Virus record (IMG/VR): IMGVR_UViG_3300023174_005338
Coordinates: 124,001 to 188,000 of that record
Length of the DNA: 64,000 bases
Direction: 5' to 3' (one strand)
Position numbers and translations under genes: made by a program. Shown in pieces: positions 46,551 through 55,481 of the stretch (positions are counted from its first letter, which is position 1; every line of letters begins with the position of its first letter). Below the pieces are notes generated by a model, which ran no database searches, had not been told where the DNA came from, and was given only the letters and a program-made list of their open reading frames with translations.

Positions 46551-47494
46551 GAGTAGTAGTCACCGGCGGAGCCGGATACATCGGTGGGCAAACCGTACTC
46601 AAACTGTTGGATGCTGGTCACAGTGTGTTTGCCATTGATCGTGTATGGGCTCCAGATCATCTTGAACATTCGGGTGCCAAGTGGTTGATTGGCGATTTTG
46701 CTGGCGAGGTGGCATTGCAAGCCATTGAAACCTTCCAACCCGATGCAATCATACACTGTGCTGGTACCAGCCTGGTAGGACCCAGCATGACCAATCCTGC
46801 GGAATACTATGACAACAACTTTGTTCGTACAAAAATTCTTTGCGATTGGTTGGTCCAAAAAAAAATAAAAACTAGACTGATCTTCTCCAGCAGTGCCGCA
46901 ACCTATGGCAATCCCATAATGACACCAGTGCAAGAAGTAGATCCCACCGAGCCTATCAGTCCATATGGTCAAAGCAAGCTCATGGTAGATTGGTTGTTGG
47001 CCAGCTACAAACATGCATACGACCTTGATTACGTGAGTTTTAGATATTTCAACGCCTGCGGCGCAGACAGTCAAGCTCGCCACGGACAAGCAGTTGGGGC
47101 CACTCATATCATTGCTCGTGTGCTAGAAGCGGTAAAAAACAAACAAGACTTTACCTTGTACGGCACTGACTATGCCACCGATGATGGCACATGTGTAAGA
47201 GATTACATCCACGTGGAGGATTTGGCCACTGCGCATGTCATGGCCATTGATCCTTCTATACCCAGCGACATTTATAATCTTGGAACCAACCGGGGCACAA
47301 GCAATCTTGAAGTAATTCAGGCCGCGGCAAAAATCACCCAACAAGATGTGGGCGTGTTGCACGGTCCCAAGCGTGCAGGCGATCCTGCTGTATTGACCGC
47401 AGACTGCGGCAAATTCATTGCAGTCAGTGCCTGGCAACCAAAATTTGATCTCAACGACATGATAGCTCATGCCTGGGCCTGGTACACCAGATGA
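46547..47494 (+). CDS. galE: UDP-glucose 4-epimerase
   Basis: GGAGYIG, FSSSAATYG, YGQSK, RYFNACG, DGTCVRDYIHV. Confidence 0.9.
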   Translation: MRVVVTGGAGYIGGQTVLKLLDAGHSVFAIDRVWAPDHLEHSGAKWLIGDFAGEVALQAIETFQPDAIIHCAGTSLVGPSMTNPAEYYDNNFVRTKILCDWLVQKKIKTRLIFSSSAATYGNPIMTPVQEVDPTEPISPYGQSKLMVDWLLASYKHAYDLDYVSFRYFNACGADSQARHGQAVGATHIIARVLEAVKNKQDFTLYGTDYATDDGTCVRDYIHVEDLATAHVMAIDPSIPSDIYNLGTNRGTSNLEVIQAAAKITQQDVGVLHGPKRAGDPAVLTADCGKFIAVSAWQPKFDLNDMIAHAWAWYTR

Positions 47495-48126
47495 AAACCC
47501 TTAATGACTATACTGATGCATTTTTAGCAATCAAAGATTTTGAATCTGCGTTGGCTGATTTTACTGGAGCTCCATTTGCCATCACCACTGATTGTTGCAC
47601 GCATGCCATTGAAATTGCTTTTAGATTAGCACATGATAGTTCTGCAGTATCCTTTCCTGCCCGAACCTATCTCAGTGTGCCCATGACCATGCATAAACTA
47701 GGTATTAATTATGTTTTTGAAGATATCAAATGGAGAGAATGTTATCAATTCAAAGGATCACAAATATGGGATTGTGCAAGACTGTTCAAAGAAAACATGT
47801 ATCAAGCCGGAACCATACAGTGTTTGAGTTTTGGAAGAACCAAACCGTTACAAATTAGTCGTGGAGGTTGCATATTGACCAATGATCCAGAACTTTATCA
47901 ACGAGCAAGCCGTATGCGTTATGATGGGCGTGATATTTTTCAATTCAGCCTCGGAACCGAGCATAGTTGGGACGTGCAAAAAGATTTTGAAGTCGGATAT
48001 CATTATTATTTGAGGCCCGAAGATTGTGTAACAGGGTTAAATCTTTTAGAACAAAGAAATTTTGTTGAACAGGTTGAAAAACACTACAACTATCCAGATT
48101 GTAGAACTATAAACATTCGAAATTAA
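47491..48126 (+). CDS. Short DegT/DnrJ-family PLP aminotransferase
   Basis: DCCTHAI, WDCA, LSFGRTKPL...RGGCIL; lacks usual C-terminal domain. Confidence 0.65.
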   Translation: MKTLNDYTDAFLAIKDFESALADFTGAPFAITTDCCTHAIEIAFRLAHDSSAVSFPARTYLSVPMTMHKLGINYVFEDIKWRECYQFKGSQIWDCARLFKENMYQAGTIQCLSFGRTKPLQISRGGCILTNDPELYQRASRMRYDGRDIFQFSLGTEHSWDVQKDFEVGYHYYLRPEDCVTGLNLLEQRNFVEQVEKHYNYPDCRTINIRN

Positions 48127-48138
48127 ATCCATTTGATC

Positions 48139-48166
48139 TTGCAAAAATCTAAATATCGTGTATAAT
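48139..48166 (+). promoter_or_regulatory. Dual promoter (sigma70-like with TAAATA in spacer)
   Basis: TTGCAA-16 nt-TATAAT; TAAATA 48150-48155. Confidence 0.6.
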
Positions 48167-48177
48167 AAAAGGAAACC

Positions 48178-49017
48178 ATGACAACATTTACCAGTGAAGA
48201 CAGAGAGAACGCAGTGAAAAATAATGCCAGCCAAAAAACATTTGATGCCTTGCAACAAAGCCGTATTGTTGCCGAAGCACCATATCATCCAGGCTATGAA
48301 GATGCTGTAGTAGATCCCGACGAAGGCCGCCCACTGAGCGTGGTTATACGTGACAGCATGCGAGCTTCAGGTAAAAGATTCTGGGCTGGCGACAACATTA
48401 GTGAGTTTATCGAATCAGAGCGAGAACGCGAACAGCTGATTGACGAAGCCACACAAGCATTTGAAACTGTCTTGGACACCTTGTTGATTGATCGTGCGAC
48501 AGATCCCAACAGCCAAGGCACAGCAAGACGCTTGGCAAAAATGTATTTCAATGAAATCATGGCCGGCCGGTATGAACCCAGACCCGATGCCACAGCATTT
48601 CCCAACGATAGCGAGGACAGATATGAAGGAATGTTGGTTGTTAGAAGTGAATTGCGTAGTATGTGTAGTCATCACCATCAGCCTGTATCTGGGGTGGCTT
48701 ACATTGGTATCATTGCTGCCAACAAACTTATTGGCCTTAGCAAGTATACTCGTATTGCTCAGTGGTGCGCTAGGCGTGGTACTCTCCAGGAAGAGCTAGC
48801 CAACGACATTGCCAGAGAGATTGCCCGAGCCACTGACAGCGAAAACATTGGCGTTTATATCCAAGCCACACACGGTTGCTGTGAAAATCGTGGCATCATG
48901 GCACACAGTTCGTTGACTCAGACCACGGTGCTCAAAGGTGCGTTCAAAACTGATCCTGGCACCAAGAAAGAGTTCATGGATAATATCAAACTGCAACAAG
49001 AGTTTGCACCAAGATGA
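48178..49017 (+). CDS. folE: GTP cyclohydrolase I (N-terminally extended)
   Basis: SMCSHHHQP, GLSKYTRI, RRGTLQE, HGCCENRG. Confidence 0.92.
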   Translation: MTTFTSEDRENAVKNNASQKTFDALQQSRIVAEAPYHPGYEDAVVDPDEGRPLSVVIRDSMRASGKRFWAGDNISEFIESEREREQLIDEATQAFETVLDTLLIDRATDPNSQGTARRLAKMYFNEIMAGRYEPRPDATAFPNDSEDRYEGMLVVRSELRSMCSHHHQPVSGVAYIGIIAANKLIGLSKYTRIAQWCARRGTLQEELANDIAREIARATDSENIGVYIQATHGCCENRGIMAHSSLTQTTVLKGAFKTDPGTKKEFMDNIKLQQEFAPR

Positions 49018-49442
49018 TCCAGCCCTTGAGAGATGATCTCATGGTGCAACAACAGTTGCCCAACGGTTTAGAAGGTCGGGTGGCCGCTTGGCAACACATG
49101 GTGGCTGTAATCATGTTGAACCAGACTGGTCGTAAGCCTGTAAAAACTGTATTTCCCATCTTCATGCATTATTGGCCTAGTCCCAGCAAGTTTGTACGAG
49201 CAACAGAACAACAAGTTCGAGATGTGATATGGAGTCTAGGCATGGTCAATGTGCGGTATAAAAGATTGGTTGAAATGACCTACGACTTCATGCGCTGGGA
49301 TCTAGGTGATGCCACCAAGTTATATGGTATTGGCAAATACGGTTCGGACAGTTACGAAATGTTTTTCAAGAACAATTACCGAGTAGAACCCACAGACAAA
49401 GAGCTGATTCGCTATTTAGAACAAGAAGTTAGTGTATACTAA
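49014..49442 (+). CDS. MBD4-like HhH DNA glycosylase
   Basis: IMLNQT, LGMVNVR, LYGIGKYGSDSY (HhH plus catalytic Asp). Confidence 0.8.
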   Translation: MIQPLRDDLMVQQQLPNGLEGRVAAWQHMVAVIMLNQTGRKPVKTVFPIFMHYWPSPSKFVRATEQQVRDVIWSLGMVNVRYKRLVEMTYDFMRWDLGDATKLYGIGKYGSDSYEMFFKNNYRVEPTDKELIRYLEQEVSVY

Positions 49443-49448
49443 CCTGAG

Positions 49449-49477
49449 TTGACACAAAATACCCGTTTTGCTATAAT
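49449..49477 (+). promoter_or_regulatory. Consensus sigma70 promoter
   Basis: TTGACA-17 nt-TATAAT. Confidence 0.85.
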
Positions 49478-49507
49478 AGCAATATTATAAACTCTAATGG
49501 GTGTCAT

Positions 49508-51949
49508 ATGCGTCGCAAACTGCTGTGGACTTGTCTTTTTGGTACAGTTATTGTCGTCACTGGGTGTGGTGGAGGAGGTGGTGGAGGTGGTGGCTCTCCA
49601 TACAACAGTCCTAACCCTATACTTAGACAAGTTCCGTATTCCACTCCTGTACGAGTTGGATCAGTCACTCCCATAAACAGCACCGCACGAGAATATGACT
49701 CCAGTGCCATGTTTGCTGAAAATCTCAGTGGTACCGGTGAAGAATTAATCACAGCCGGCAGATCTAGTACCAGTAATCAAGGTTCCTATCCCACATCTAA
49801 TCTCAATGTGTTTGGTTGGAGCAACGGCACTTTGGTCAATCGAACCAGTCAGTGGTTCGCCGGCACAGACAACGTGATCTTAGGCACAGAACCCAGTGTT
49901 AAATTTGCTGACTTTGACGGTGATGGTCGCAAAGACATGTATGTGGCACCCAATACTGATGCCAGCTCAACCGGATCCGGGTGGGTATTTTTCAACAACG
50001 GTACCAGGTTTACCCGAGTAGATTTAAATCTCGGCATACATGGCCACGACAGTGCAGTTTATGATATCAACGGAGATGGTCGCAGTGATATTTTTACCAC
50101 TGGTAGTCGTGTGAGCTTTGGCAATGCTGATCGAACTTTCACCACACACGCAGTTTCAGGCGCAAATTATGGCGGCACCGCAGGATCAGTGGCCATAGCA
50201 GACTTCATGGGCACTGGTGGCAGCAGCATCATACTTACTGATCAAAATGCCTGGCAGACAGGAAATAATCGCTTGTATAGTTGGAGCATGGTCGACGGTG
50301 GTAGATCTACACTGGATTTTCGACTGACCATGATCAGTGCCCTGCCGGATTCGAGATTTCTCCTGCCCAAGTGGAGTGGGCATGGATTTGCTGGCAGCCA
50401 CGACTATAGAGCCCTGGCATTTGACTTTGACAATTCAGGTCTGCCCAGTGCTGTGATATTCAGTCGACCCCTTAAAGCCAACGGCACCGGCGGATACACC
50501 TGGCCCGACTACAGTGAAATACAGTTCTTGAAAAACCGCGGTGGTGGCACTTTTGTAGATGTCACTGACTCGACCTTGGTTGGGTATAACACAAACACAT
50601 CTTCACAACACTACAATCCCAAACTCATGGACGTGAACAACGATGGTCTTATTGACATTGTGTTGGGCGGAACCAGTTGGACCAGTGCCACTGGAGCCCA
50701 GGTCTTGATACACACCAAAGAACACAAATACGTGGCCAGTTATAGCACAGTGCTCGACGCTTTTCTTGGTCAGTCGTTGAACTTGGAAAAAGCCATAAAT
50801 GCCAGTGCAGAAACAGGCGCCAATGGCGTTGTTTTTGTGCGTGGGCCAGATGGCAACATGTATCTGGCCACCGCGGTCAGTTATGTCAGTGGCGGTGTGC
50901 AACAAAAAGCCATTTATCTCAGCAAGCTGGGCTCCACGGTTACCAATGCCCAGGCCACTGCCGCGGCAATCAAACAGGCTTGGCCCTGGATGAGTGACGG
51001 CCAGATCAACACAGTGCTGGCACAGAGCTCGACCACATGGTTTGGCATGAATGTGTTGGACCCAGAAAAAGCATTTCAACCAATCGGCAACTTGGGCATA
51101 CCGCTTGCCACCGGTGGCATAGCACCCATACGTGGTTACATCACAGGCCTGAACATTGGTGACGGGTCAGCTGTGGTCACTGACAGCTTGGGTCGTGCAT
51201 TCTCTACCAACATTAAACCCATGAATATCACTGCCATGAATGCGTTTGGATACAATACCGAACACAATGATCAGTATGAACTGACCAGCCATGCCGAATA
51301 TCTAGTCAATGGTACCTTGACCACTGTGGGCAATCTACGCTTTGGCAGTGATTTTGCCGGTAGAGACAACACCGGCCAGGGTCTTAACCGACCTCGACAA
51401 TACACCGTGGGTGTGCCAAGATGGTACAGCAAGGGAAACTGGAGTGCAGGCACACAATATACCTATCTAAATTCCAACCCGTGGATGGCTTTTGGTGGTG
51501 CCTGGGGTGAGATCACCGGAAGTGGCGTCATGGACAATGTGATCACATATCGCCGCGATGGATTCTCAGCACAGGCCAGTGCCATGCATGTGACAACCAA
51601 CATAACTCCGGGTCTGATCACTCGAGTCAACAACATGTGGGGTGCCTGGGCAGAATCCGGATATAGATTTGGTGATGCCAAAAGGTCCGGTGACATGGGC
51701 ATATATGCTGGCATCAAACCTGTGGTATTATCAGGATCAGTTGAAGCCCGAATACCCACAGCCGTTGACATGTCAGGTAATGTAGTATATACTAACAAGA
51801 AGTTAATGGTGCAAAATCAAACCACTGGTTATTTACGAACACTATATACTAATCAATTGGACCGTCGAACTCAGTTGAGACTGAGTGCTGTGAGCACTAC
51901 CGCAGGACAGTATCGGGCCATGACCGAACTTAAATTTTGGATAGACTAA
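49508..51949 (+). CDS. Lipoprotein with FG-GAP/VCBS repeats and probable C-terminal beta-barrel
   Basis: VTG|C lipobox, Gly9 linker, ADFDGDGRKD, DINGDGRSD, DVNNDGLID; amphipathic strands, ends ELKFWID. Confidence 0.7.
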   Translation: MRRKLLWTCLFGTVIVVTGCGGGGGGGGGSPYNSPNPILRQVPYSTPVRVGSVTPINSTAREYDSSAMFAENLSGTGEELITAGRSSTSNQGSYPTSNLNVFGWSNGTLVNRTSQWFAGTDNVILGTEPSVKFADFDGDGRKDMYVAPNTDASSTGSGWVFFNNGTRFTRVDLNLGIHGHDSAVYDINGDGRSDIFTTGSRVSFGNADRTFTTHAVSGANYGGTAGSVAIADFMGTGGSSIILTDQNAWQTGNNRLYSWSMVDGGRSTLDFRLTMISALPDSRFLLPKWSGHGFAGSHDYRALAFDFDNSGLPSAVIFSRPLKANGTGGYTWPDYSEIQFLKNRGGGTFVDVTDSTLVGYNTNTSSQHYNPKLMDVNNDGLIDIVLGGTSWTSATGAQVLIHTKEHKYVASYSTVLDAFLGQSLNLEKAINASAETGANGVVFVRGPDGNMYLATAVSYVSGGVQQKAIYLSKLGSTVTNAQATAAAIKQAWPWMSDGQINTVLAQSSTTWFGMNVLDPEKAFQPIGNLGIPLATGGIAPIRGYITGLNIGDGSAVVTDSLGRAFSTNIKPMNITAMNAFGYNTEHNDQYELTSHAEYLVNGTLTTVGNLRFGSDFAGRDNTGQGLNRPRQYTVGVPRWYSKGNWSAGTQYTYLNSNPWMAFGGAWGEITGSGVMDNVITYRRDGFSAQASAMHVTTNITPGLITRVNNMWGAWAESGYRFGDAKRSGDMGIYAGIKPVVLSGSVEARIPTAVDMSGNVVYTNKKLMVQNQTTGYLRTLYTNQLDRRTQLRLSAVSTTAGQYRAMTELKFWID

Positions 51950-51950
51950 C

Positions 51951-52319
51951 ATGACACTTGTAGAAGCTCAACAAGCTGGAATAGCACCATGGGACAATGA
52001 AATAGACAACCGTAATCGAGTGGTTGTTTACCTAGACCGGTATCCCTGCACGCCCGGACATAGATTGTATGTGCCCAAAGACAATGACAATCCCAACTGG
52101 GTAGTAAGAGCCTTTGAGGAGGCCCTGGCCGATGGTACCCACATGGTAGCATCTGGTGAGTGCGATGGGTTTAACATTGGTTACAACAGCGGCGAGGCAG
52201 CCGGACAAACTGTCATGTATCCACACATACATCTTATTCCACGTCGAGTCGGAGATGTAGCAGATCCAGTGGGCGGTGTGCGTAACACCATACCCGGCAA
52301 AGGAAATTATCGCAAATGA
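51951..52319 (+). CDS. HIT-family nucleotide hydrolase
   Basis: YPCTPGHRLYVP, NSGEAAGQTVMYPHIHLIPR. Confidence 0.85.
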   Translation: MTLVEAQQAGIAPWDNEIDNRNRVVVYLDRYPCTPGHRLYVPKDNDNPNWVVRAFEEALADGTHMVASGECDGFNIGYNSGEAAGQTVMYPHIHLIPRRVGDVADPVGGVRNTIPGKGNYRK

Positions 52320-52332
52320 AAGAAAACAGTCA

Positions 52333-53259
52333 ATGACTCTCCCACTACAACCAAATTTGCTGGGGTTACCTCTGGCTCCTGCTCAGTGTGTGATAGATCC
52401 GGCTCTCAAACAACAAGTGTATTCAATCATTGACAGCTCCAGTGATTATCTGGACAGTGATAGTGTGCTGTCTGATTTTCTGAGCACGTATATTCACTGG
52501 ATCAAACAAAGTCAGTTGAATTGTATCACCGGCATTGATAGTTTTGATCAAGTTGATTATTCTCAAGGTACAACAGAATCATTTGATCACTTTTATATTA
52601 AAAATTCTCAAAGAAGATTTCGTTGTTTTCGCGGAGAATATCTGTATCATCAATTGGTTTGGAAGAGCAGTTTTCCAAACTGGAAATTCATAGAAGACGA
52701 GCCGTTGATGTCAAACGATGCTGTAGTTTTAAGTGTGCCGTTTGCTGATACTGGAAACGTGCATGCTGGCATAGACAAAACCTTTCTGGACCAGTGTGCC
52801 TACTTGAAAATTCCAGTGCTGGTAGACATGGCTTTTTTTGGTATCTGTGGAAACATCGATTTTGATTTGGCACACCCGGCAATTTCAGATGTTTGTTTTA
52901 GTTTGAGCAAAACATTTCCTGTTAGCCTTTTACGAATTGGAATGAGACTGTCCCGAGGTAATCAGCAGGACGGGCTTGCTGTTTACAATCAAACACAATA
53001 TGTGAATCGTGCGGGAGCAGGCATAGGATTAAAATTGTTAAAAATACTTTCTGCTGATTGCACTTACTTGCGTTACAGAGACAAGCAAGAGTCATGGTGT
53101 CAACAACATGAACTAGCAACCAGTGACACAGTGATTTTTGGATTGGATTTTGCTCACAAATATGACCGGTACAACCGAGGCAGTGCAGACAGCAATAGAA
53201 TTTGTTTTGCCAGTATGTATCAATATGATTCTTGGCCACAGGCAGTCAAGATTGATTAA
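52333..53259 (+). CDS. Fold-type I PLP-dependent enzyme
   Basis: VLVDMAF, FSLSKTF..LRIG. Confidence 0.65.
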   Translation: MTLPLQPNLLGLPLAPAQCVIDPALKQQVYSIIDSSSDYLDSDSVLSDFLSTYIHWIKQSQLNCITGIDSFDQVDYSQGTTESFDHFYIKNSQRRFRCFRGEYLYHQLVWKSSFPNWKFIEDEPLMSNDAVVLSVPFADTGNVHAGIDKTFLDQCAYLKIPVLVDMAFFGICGNIDFDLAHPAISDVCFSLSKTFPVSLLRIGMRLSRGNQQDGLAVYNQTQYVNRAGAGIGLKLLKILSADCTYLRYRDKQESWCQQHELATSDTVIFGLDFAHKYDRYNRGSADSNRICFASMYQYDSWPQAVKID

Positions 53260-54076
53260 GGCCGGACACGACGACTGGCTTGGTCTCACATTGGATCCTG
53301 GTCAATTTTGTGTGGAAATACTCAAACCTGCTACCGTGGTCAAGTCAAATTTTCATCATGAAGCTGATCGCGCGATTAGATATCTGGCAGATAGATACTG
53401 TGATCGTCCTTTGTATTTGGCACTCAGTGGTGGCATCGACAGTGAGTTTGTTGCCAATCTCTTGCTGAAAAATTCCATACCTTTTAGACCAATCATCTTA
53501 AAAATTGATTCATTCAACAGCCCGGAATCATGGTATGCCGAGTATTGGTGCAAGCAACATGATATTGATCCCATAAGACTGAGTCTCACAACTGATCAAT
53601 ACATCCAGGAAATGAAAAAATACTATCCGTACTTGCTAAAATTACAGAATGCACTTCAAACACCAATGATGTATTTGTATGATTATGTAAATCAGCTCAA
53701 TGGTTATTGTATCTATTCTGCCGGAGACATCAATCTAGATTTAGAAGAAAAAAAATTTTATTGTTACAGTTTGGATTTTATCAGCGATTTACTGAACAAT
53801 GGACACCCCACCAGCTTTTTTATGTACACTCCGGAATTGGCATTGAGCTACGTCTCTGAATTTGATGTTAACATTACGGAACAAGAAAACAAATTAAATT
53901 TTTATAATGTATCGCCTAGACCAAAAATTGATTACATATCTTCTTTACATAGTTGTTCCACGGTGGCAGAGGTTATTGATAAGTTTTGTTACATCTCAAA
54001 ACAACAAATAGCGCCTTACCCGTATTGGTATGGAAAAAAAGAAGAATTGATAAAAAAACTTGTTGGGTCAAACTAA
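53225..54076 (+). CDS. PP-loop (adenine nucleotide alpha hydrolase-like) protein
   Basis: LALSGGIDSE; start uncertain. Confidence 0.6.
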   Translation: MILGHRQSRLIKAGHDDWLGLTLDPGQFCVEILKPATVVKSNFHHEADRAIRYLADRYCDRPLYLALSGGIDSEFVANLLLKNSIPFRPIILKIDSFNSPESWYAEYWCKQHDIDPIRLSLTTDQYIQEMKKYYPYLLKLQNALQTPMMYLYDYVNQLNGYCIYSAGDINLDLEEKKFYCYSLDFISDLLNNGHPTSFFMYTPELALSYVSEFDVNITEQENKLNFYNVSPRPKIDYISSLHSCSTVAEVIDKFCYISKQQIAPYPYWYGKKEELIKKLVGSN

Positions 54077-54082
54077 TGTCAA

Positions 54083-54167
54083 TAAGTATTATCCACAGCG
54101 GTCTTGGCGTCACTCCCGCTTTACAAACTCTGCCGCCTATGCTATAATCTAACATAGGAGAACTACA
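54083..54167 (+). ncRNA. Candidate riboswitch-like pseudoknot / SD-sequestering leader of queD
   Basis: P1 AGCGG/CCGCT, loop GGCG vs CGCC, A-rich linker, CCTATG/CATAGG over the SD. Confidence 0.4.
54120..54148 (+). promoter_or_regulatory. sigma70-like promoter
   Basis: TTTACA-17 nt-TATAAT. Confidence 0.6.
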
Positions 54168-54617
54168 ATGGCAAAGTATCTTTCAACCAAGCACTACGGA
54201 CACAACATTGGGTTGAGTGCTGTATTCCGTCAACCCAATGCTGACCACAGTCACTGTCACTTGCTACATGGTTACAGCCTGGCATTCACATTCACTTTTG
54301 GTTGCGATCAGTTAGATGATAAAAACTGGGCAGTGGACTTTGGTGGACTCAAAGAACTAAAAGCCTGGCTAGAAGATCATTTTGATCACAAGCTGGCCCT
54401 GGATCGTGCAGATCCGCACTTGGACAAGTTTCAAGAACTAGAAACATTGGGTTTAGCTGAGATCAGAATGTTTGATGGGGTAGGCGCTGAAAAGTTTGCC
54501 GAACATGCATTCAATTTTGCAGATCTCTTAATCCGCGAAAAGACCAATGGTCGTTGCTTTTGCGTCAGGGTAGAATGTGCTGAACACGGTGCCAACAGTG
54601 CCATCTACGAAGGATAA
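54168..54617 (+). CDS. queD: 6-carboxy-5,6,7,8-tetrahydropterin synthase
   Basis: HCHLLHGY (CxxxHG), VDFGGLK, FDHKL, EKFA, VECAE. Confidence 0.85.
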   Translation: MAKYLSTKHYGHNIGLSAVFRQPNADHSHCHLLHGYSLAFTFTFGCDQLDDKNWAVDFGGLKELKAWLEDHFDHKLALDRADPHLDKFQELETLGLAEIRMFDGVGAEKFAEHAFNFADLLIREKTNGRCFCVRVECAEHGANSAIYEG

Positions 54618-54659
54618 GATTTGTTGGCACCGTAAACGGCGTATATAAATATTCGCACT

Positions 54660-55481
54660 ATGGCAAACGACTATAAAATAGCAATATTACTTCCCACACG
54701 AGGCCGCACCGACGCCTTGACACGCAGTCTAATTGGCCTGTTAGAAAAAGCCACAGATCTAGATTCCATACAAGTGTTGTTGGGCTTGGACACAGATGAC
54801 ACTGTAGGCATCCAGCACTTCCAAGAAGAACTACAACCTAAATTAGACGACATGGGTGTGGATTATACTGCCATGTCTTTTGAGCCCATAGGCTACAGCC
54901 AATTGCATGATTATGTAAACACCCTGGCGCGAGCCAGTTCGGCAGATTGGATGTTTTTCTGGAACGACGATGCTGTCATGGACAGTGAAGCCTGGGATAC
55001 GGAAATTTGCAAGTACACTGGTGAATTTAAATTACTAGCAGTTCATACTCACAATGACCATCCCTACAGTATATTTCCCATAGTGCCCAGAGCCTGGCTG
55101 GATGTGATTGGACATCTCAGTTTGCACAGCATGAACGATGCCTGGCTGAGTCAAAATGCTTACTGTGTGGACATATTTGAGCGAATCAATGTGCATGTCA
55201 CGCATGATCGAGCTGACCTTACTGGCAATAATTTAGATGCCACTTACAAACAACGCGAACTCTTGGAAGGTAATCCCAGCAACCCCAAAGACTTTCATCA
55301 TCCAGAACAGACCTCAAAACGCATGCGTGAGTGTGACAAATTGAATGATTATTTGAAAACCATAGGGCAGAATCCTACCTGGTGGGATGCCGTCAAAACT
55401 CAACAGCAAGATCCCTGGCAACGGCTGAGAGAAAACGACGTCAATAATCAAATGCGTCAATTCCAAATAAAAATGAAATGA
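54660..55481 (+). CDS. GT2-like glycosyltransferase
   Basis: ILLPTRGR, LDTDD, FFWNDD; TATAAATA 54644-54651. Confidence 0.75.
   Translation: MANDYKIAILLPTRGRTDALTRSLIGLLEKATDLDSIQVLLGLDTDDTVGIQHFQEELQPKLDDMGVDYTAMSFEPIGYSQLHDYVNTLARASSADWMFFWNDDAVMDSEAWDTEICKYTGEFKLLAVHTHNDHPYSIFPIVPRAWLDVIGHLSLHSMNDAWLSQNAYCVDIFERINVHVTHDRADLTGNNLDATYKQRELLEGNPSNPKDFHHPEQTSKRMRECDKLNDYLKTIGQNPTWWDAVKTQQQDPWQRLRENDVNNQMRQFQIKMK

Noticed and set aside
49564-49592. GGT/GGA microsatellite as a phase-variation tract
   Set aside because: In-frame mixed Gly codons encoding a lipoprotein tether; not a pure repeat.
53225-54076. Calling the PP-loop protein QueC
   Set aside because: Only the generic SGGxDS loop is present; no QueC Zn-binding C-terminal motif.
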